Assembly: GCA_002763225.1 (NCBI GenBank)
Contig: PFAI01000049.1
Location: 1-18,838, forward strand
Length of the DNA stretch: 18,838 bases
Direction: 5' to 3'
Source of the DNA: Candidatus Diapherotrites archaeon CG10_big_fil_rev_8_21_14_0_10_31_34
GTDB taxonomy: Archaea > Iainarchaeota > Iainarchaeia > Iainarchaeales > 1-14-0-10-31-34
The notes below the pieces were generated by a model that saw only the letters and a program-made list of their open reading frames with translations, did no database searches and was not told the origin of the DNA. The translations under genes were made by a program, and so were the position numbers. Of this stretch, positions 14,588 to 18,838 are shown in pieces. Within the stretch, counting starts at the first letter, position 1; the number at the start of each line of letters is the position of its first letter.

Positions 14588-14905
14588 ATGGAAGAAGAAA
14601 CAAATTTAGTGAAATTTTTTGGAGACAATCCTTTTGTTAGAATACTTGACTCTTTGATTGACAATATTGGAGAAGACTATTCTAAAAAAGAGATTCAGGA
14701 ACTGGCTGGGATAAGCAAGGCTTCCTTGTTCAGTCACTGGGCAAAACTGGAAGGGCTGAATTTGGTTAAAGTCACAAGAGTTTTTGGAAAAACAAAATTA
14801 TTTACTTTAAACACAAAAAGCCAGCTTATAAAAGACATCTTAAAATTTGAAGCAAGAATGATTGAAGAAACAATTCCAAAAGAAACTATTTCAGTGAAAG
14901 CTTAA
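14588..14905 (+). CDS. winged helix-turn-helix transcriptional regulator
   Basis: YSKKEIQELAGISKASLFSHWAKLEGLNLV HTH followed by wing TRVFGKTKLFTLN. Confidence 0.85.
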   Translation: MEEETNLVKFFGDNPFVRILDSLIDNIGEDYSKKEIQELAGISKASLFSHWAKLEGLNLVKVTRVFGKTKLFTLNTKSQLIKDILKFEARMIEETIPKETISVKA

Positions 14906-16485
14906 TCAGTTTTCTTTTTTTCTTCTTCTTTTGTTTCGCTTTCTTTTGTTTTTTCAAAAACAGGTTTTTCTGCTTCAACTTTCTGGAATAAAATTTCTGC
15001 TTTGCCTGTTTTAGTGTTTTCTTTTATTTGATTCCATTTTGTTGTTTCTTCAAAGTTAGTTGAAGTGATTCCTAATTGTTTCTGGATTTTTTCTGCGGTT
15101 TCAGGCATAAAAGGCAAAAGAAGAATGCTTGTAATTCTCAATGATTCTGATAAAGTATAAAGAATATTTCCTAGTTTTTCTTTTTCATTGTTTTTTGCTA
15201 GTTCCCAGGGCTTTTGGTCATTAATGTATTTGTTTGATGCATCAATGATTTCCCAAATGCAGGATAAAGCCTTATTGAATTCCAGTGAATCAATTAATTT
15301 TCCTGTTTCTTCTGCTTTTTTTAGTGTAATGTCCCTTAACTCTTTTTCTGGATTAGAAATATTAAATGCTTTAGGAATTTTTCCTTCAAAATACTTTTCA
15401 ACCATTACAATAATTCTATTCAACAAGTTTCCCAAACCATCTGCTAACTCTGAATTAATTCTTTGAACTAAAGCTTTTTCAGAATAATCTCCATCAGAAC
15501 CAAAAGGAATTTCTCTTAACATAAAATATCTTAATGCATCAACTGAATATTTTTCTGAAACTTCAATTGGGTCAACTACATTTCCTTTTGATTTAGACAT
15601 TTTTTGTCCGTCAACTGTAAGCCAGCCATGACCAAACACCATTTTAGGCAGTTCTAAGCCGGCAGACAAAAGCATTGCAGGCCAAATTACTGCATGAAAC
15701 CTGACAATTTCTTTTCCCATTAAATGAACATCTGCAGGCCAAATACTCTTAAACATTTTTGAATTGCTTCCATAACCAATTGCAGTAATATAATTCAGCA
15801 AAGCATCAAACCACACATAAATTACGTGGTTTTTGTTTAAAGGAACAGGAATACCCCATTTAATTGAAGTACGGGAAATTGATAAATCCTGTAATCCTTG
15901 TTTAATAAAATTAAGTATTTCGTTTTTTCTTGTTTCAGGCATTACAACATTATTGCTTTCAATATAGCCAATTAAAGCCTGTTGGTATTTGCTTAACTTA
16001 AAAAAATATGATTCTTCTCTCATTAACTGGGTTTTTTTTCCGCAGCTAACGCAATTTTTGTCTTCTTTTAATTGCAGTTCAGTGTAATAGGTTTCGCAGG
16101 GAACACAGTAATATCCTTCGTATTCTCCCAGATAAATGTCTCCGTTTTCATAAACTTTTTTGAAGAATTTTGTTACGGCTTTTTCATGCATTAAATCAGT
16201 TGTCCGAACAAAACCATCATAAGAAATATTCAGTTTTTTCCATGCTTTAGTAAAAGTCGGAATTAATTCATCCAAAAATTCTTTTGGCATTTTTCCTTTT
16301 TCTTCTGCTGCCTTAACAATTTTTTCTCCGTGTTCGTCTGTCCCTGTAAGAAAAAAGACTTTTTCTCCTTTACTTCGATGAAATCTGGCTAAAACATCCG
16401 CAGCTATAGTAGTATAAGCAGAACCAATATGTGGTTTATCATTCACATAATACACTGGTGTTGTAATATAATATGTATTTTTCAT
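14902..16485 (-). CDS. metG: methionyl-tRNA synthetase, short MetRS1-type
   Basis: YYITTPVYYVNDKPHIGSAY, GTDEHG, one Zn knuckle (CVPC, CVSC), YVWFDAL, KMSKSKGN; no C-terminal Trbp domain. Confidence 0.96.
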   Translation of the reverse strand: MKNTYYITTPVYYVNDKPHIGSAYTTIAADVLARFHRSKGEKVFFLTGTDEHGEKIVKAAEEKGKMPKEFLDELIPTFTKAWKKLNISYDGFVRTTDLMHEKAVTKFFKKVYENGDIYLGEYEGYYCVPCETYYTELQLKEDKNCVSCGKKTQLMREESYFFKLSKYQQALIGYIESNNVVMPETRKNEILNFIKQGLQDLSISRTSIKWGIPVPLNKNHVIYVWFDALLNYITAIGYGSNSKMFKSIWPADVHLMGKEIVRFHAVIWPAMLLSAGLELPKMVFGHGWLTVDGQKMSKSKGNVVDPIEVSEKYSVDALRYFMLREIPFGSDGDYSEKALVQRINSELADGLGNLLNRIIVMVEKYFEGKIPKAFNISNPEKELRDITLKKAEETGKLIDSLEFNKALSCIWEIIDASNKYINDQKPWELAKNNEKEKLGNILYTLSESLRITSILLLPFMPETAEKIQKQLGITSTNFEETTKWNQIKENTKTGKAEILFQKVEAEKPVFEKTKESETKEEEKKKTD

Positions 16486-16581
16486 TCTCCCATCCTAAAA
16501 TCAAAACAAAAAATCTAAAACTCAATAGAGAAAAAAGTATATAACTTAGAAAGTTAAAGCCTTAAAAAATGAATTGTTAGC

Positions 16582-17280
16582 TCACAAATTCTTTATTTCC
16601 ACTTTATCAAAGAACTTTTCCAATATTATTTTTAGTTCATTTAACTCTCCAACAGAAAAAGGTTTTTTTTCTTTAAATGATTCATCAAATAAAGGAACAT
16701 CATTTTGAAACTGCTGTAACACAAAAATTTTGCTGTCTTTCAGCCATTCACCGATTTTTAAAGCATCTTTTTTGGAAAAAAATTCAGGAATAACCGTGCA
16801 ACGAAACTCGTATTCCAGACCGGAATTCTTTATTATTTCAGCGCTTTGTTTTATTTTCTCTGAATCAACTTTTACTCCGCATAACCCAGAATACTTTTCC
16901 AGAGAAGTTTTGATGTCCATTGCAATAAAATCCACTAATTTTTCTTTAATCAGTTTTTTCAGCGTTTCAGGGTTAGAGCCATTTGAATCTAATTTGACTT
17001 CAAAGCCCATTGATTTAATTTTTCTGCAGAATTCCGGAAGATCTTTTTGAAGAGTAGGTTCTCCGCCTGTAATGCATACTCCGTTAAGCCATTTTTTTCT
17101 TGACTCCAGAAAAGCAAAAATTTCTTTTTCCGGAATAACCGGAAGCCTTGGATTAGAAATAATTAAATCAGGGTTCTGGCAGAAACCACAGCGAAAATTG
17201 CATCCATCAGTAAATAAAGTGCATCCGACTCTTCCCGGAAAATCAATTAAAGTTGTTTTTTGCAGTCCTTTTATTATCAT
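16582..17280 (-). CDS. nrdG: anaerobic ribonucleotide reductase activating enzyme (radical SAM)
   Basis: GLQKTTLIDFPG, CNFRCGFC Fe-S motif, ITGGEP; adjacent to nrdD. Confidence 0.93.
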   Translation of the reverse strand: MIIKGLQKTTLIDFPGRVGCTLFTDGCNFRCGFCQNPDLIISNPRLPVIPEKEIFAFLESRKKWLNGVCITGGEPTLQKDLPEFCRKIKSMGFEVKLDSNGSNPETLKKLIKEKLVDFIAMDIKTSLEKYSGLCGVKVDSEKIKQSAEIIKNSGLEYEFRCTVIPEFFSKKDALKIGEWLKDSKIFVLQQFQNDVPLFDESFKEKKPFSVGELNELKIILEKFFDKVEIKNL

Positions 17281-17333
17281 AAAAAATTCCTTTTAATATA
17301 AATACCAGAAAAAGAAAAACAAAAGAAAAAAAA

Positions 17334-17504
17334 TCAGCAATCAATTTTTTTTTCTGTTTTAAAAGAATTAGACATTGTTTTTTGTTCATTATATTCTGTT
17401 CTGTCTTTGAATTCTTCTGTTTTTCCTTTATTCCAGTTCTGTACCGGCCTAAAATAACCTACTATTCTTGAATAGGTTTCACATTTTTCATTACATTCAG
17501 TCAT
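17334..17504 (-). CDS. stand-alone glycyl-radical domain of class III RNR (56 aa)
   Basis: Not in the ORF track. Manual translation MTECNEKCETYSRIVGYFRPVQNWNKGKTEEFKDRTEYNEQKTMSNSFKTEKKIDC carries the RIVGY glycyl-radical motif. GAGGTGA RBS 6 nt upstream; ATG 1 nt after the nrdD stop. Confidence 0.88.
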   Translation of the reverse strand: MTECNEKCETYSRIVGYFRPVQNWNKGKTEEFKDRTEYNEQKTMSNSFKTEKKIDC

Positions 17505-17505
17505 T

Positions 17506-18838
17506 TCAAATCACCTCTTTTTGAATTAAAATTTTTTCTTCTTTTTGCAGCACAAGTTTATCCCCTTTATTGTGTTCAGCCGGCGGAACGGTTGCGGACG
17601 AAACCGCGAGCGGACAGTTAAAATGTTCTCCTTTAATATAGCCATGAACAGGACAAACACTAAAAGTCGGAGTAATAGTGTAATAAGGCAATTTAGTGTT
17701 TTCTGCAATTTTTTTCACTAATTGTTTGCAGGTTTCTCCACTGCTCATTCTTTCTCCTAAAAAAGTGTGAAAAATTGTCCCTCCAGTGTATAAATGCTGG
17801 ATTTGATTTTGGTGTTCTATTGCTGTAATTGCATCTTCAGTATGGTTTACAGGCAATTGAGTTGAATTAGTTAAATAAGGTGTATCGGTTCCAGCAGTAT
17901 AAATTTCTGGATGAACTTTTTTATCTAATCTGGCTAATCTATATGAAGCTGATTCAGCCGGAGTTGCCTCCAAATTATATAAATTATTTGTTTCTTTTTG
18001 GAACTCAAAACATTTGTTTCTCATAAAAGTTAATGTTTCAATTGCAAACGCTTTTCCTTCTTCAGAAGCAATGTTTTTACCTAAAAAATTCACACAAGCT
18101 TCATTCATTCCAATTAAACCAATAGTAGAAAAATGATTATTGAATGTTCCAAGATAAACTTTAGTAAAAGGCATTAAATTGTTTTTCAAATTCTTGTTAA
18201 TTATTTCTCTTTTAATTTCCAAAGATTCTTTTCCTAAATTCATGTAATGCTCTAATTTCTGAAAAAACTCTTTCTTTGTTTTATTTTCATATGCTATCCT
18301 ATTCAAATTAATTGTTATGACCCCAATGCTCCCTGTTGCATCCCCTGGCCCCCACATTCCTCCGGGGCGGTTAATTAATTGAGAAGTATCCATGTTTAGT
18401 CTGCAACACATTGCCCTAATACTTTTTGGATCTAAATCAGAGCCAACATAATTCTGGAAATAAGGAATACCATATTTTGCTGTAACATCAAACAATAATT
18501 TTGAGTTATCTGAATCCCAGTTAAAATCTTTAGTTAAATTATAAGTCGGGATAGGAAAAGTGAAAATTCTTCCGTTTGCATCTCCTTCTCTCATTACTTC
18601 CAAAAAAGCTTTATTAACCATGTCCATTTCTTTTTGCAAATCACCATAAGCAAACTCTTGTTCTTTTCCTCCAACAATAGCTTTTTCGTTTTTCATGTCT
18701 TCTGGAACAGTCCAATCAAAAGTTAAATTAGAAAAAGGATACTGTGAACCCCATCTGCTCGGAATATTCAAAGAATAAACTAATTCCTGCATACATTGTT
18801 TTGTTTGCCTGTAAGTTAAACTATCTGCTTTAATAAAA
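17506..18838 (-). CDS. nrdD: class III (anaerobic) ribonucleoside-triphosphate reductase, large part (5' partial)
   Basis: FTFPIPTYN, AMCCRL, NLEATPAES, YTGGT, TPTFSVCPVHGY. The frame stays open past ATG 18792 to the right edge, and it ends before the RxxGY motif. Confidence 0.95.
   Translation of the reverse strand, partial: FIKADSLTYRQTKQCMQELVYSLNIPSRWGSQYPFSNLTFDWTVPEDMKNEKAIVGGKEQEFAYGDLQKEMDMVNKAFLEVMREGDANGRIFTFPIPTYNLTKDFNWDSDNSKLLFDVTAKYGIPYFQNYVGSDLDPKSIRAMCCRLNMDTSQLINRPGGMWGPGDATGSIGVITINLNRIAYENKTKKEFFQKLEHYMNLGKESLEIKREIINKNLKNNLMPFTKVYLGTFNNHFSTIGLIGMNEACVNFLGKNIASEEGKAFAIETLTFMRNKCFEFQKETNNLYNLEATPAESASYRLARLDKKVHPEIYTAGTDTPYLTNSTQLPVNHTEDAITAIEHQNQIQHLYTGGTIFHTFLGERMSSGETCKQLVKKIAENTKLPYYTITPTFSVCPVHGYIKGEHFNCPLAVSSATVPPAEHNKGDKLVLQKEEKILIQKEVI
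17577..17612 (+). repeat. GC-rich hairpin pair inside nrdD C-terminal tail
   Basis: CAGCCG-GCGGAA-CGGTTG and GCGG-ACGAAA-CCGC, then GAGCG; resembles CAGCCG-ATTGAA-CGGCTG-AGAGCG at 8883-8906. Confidence 0.6.

Noticed and set aside
3101..17296. Other antisense ORFs (3101, 9031, 9955, 10607, 12935, 15188, 16730, 17072)
   Set aside because: Each lies wholly or mostly opposite a well-supported gene; typical stop-poor reverse frames.
17526..17708. Alternative-frame 60-aa ORF inside nrdD as a frameshift bridge to the glycyl-radical ORF
   Set aside because: Same frame as the 56-aa ORF but separated from it by two stops (TAA at 17526-17528, TGA at 17511-17513), and its translation has no NrdD similarity.

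Overview
AT-rich archaeal chromosome segment. Gene content and composition suggest a DPANN-type lineage such as Diapherotrites/Iainarchaeota (inference only). Left half (627-7410, minus strand): the conserved archaeal superoperon rpl15e-rnp3-rnp2-psmA-SBDS-rrp4-rrp41-rrp42-rpl37ae-rpoP-pcc1-pfdB; rpoP is missing from the supplied ORF track. It is followed by a TtuA/NcsA tRNA thiolase and tRNA-Val(GAC). Next is a co-oriented minus-strand cluster: NYN nuclease, DUF2226-like protein, Roadblock-like protein, MinD, Lsm, tRNA-Ala(GGC) and a 597-aa coiled-coil protein. The right end holds aIF5A, a divergent two-gene module with a shared TATA box and palindromic operator, a bacterial-type MetRS, nrdG and a class III ribonucleotide reductase whose glycyl-radical loop sits on a separate 56-aa ORF not in the ORF track. 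The most unusual signals: (i) a dispersed, uniformly oriented family of REP-like hairpins (AT-rich TTTTG-hairpins plus GC-rich mini-hairpins) that flank both tRNAs and are translated in-frame in the C-terminal tails of L37ae, Rrp41 and NrdD; (ii) a nested GC-rich hairpin mosaic behind tRNA-Val; (iii) a 13-bp repeat/variable-spacer mini-array between rrp42 and rpl37ae; (iv) the split NrdD; (v) the MinD-Roadblock-DUF2226 module bracketed by RNA-handling genes.
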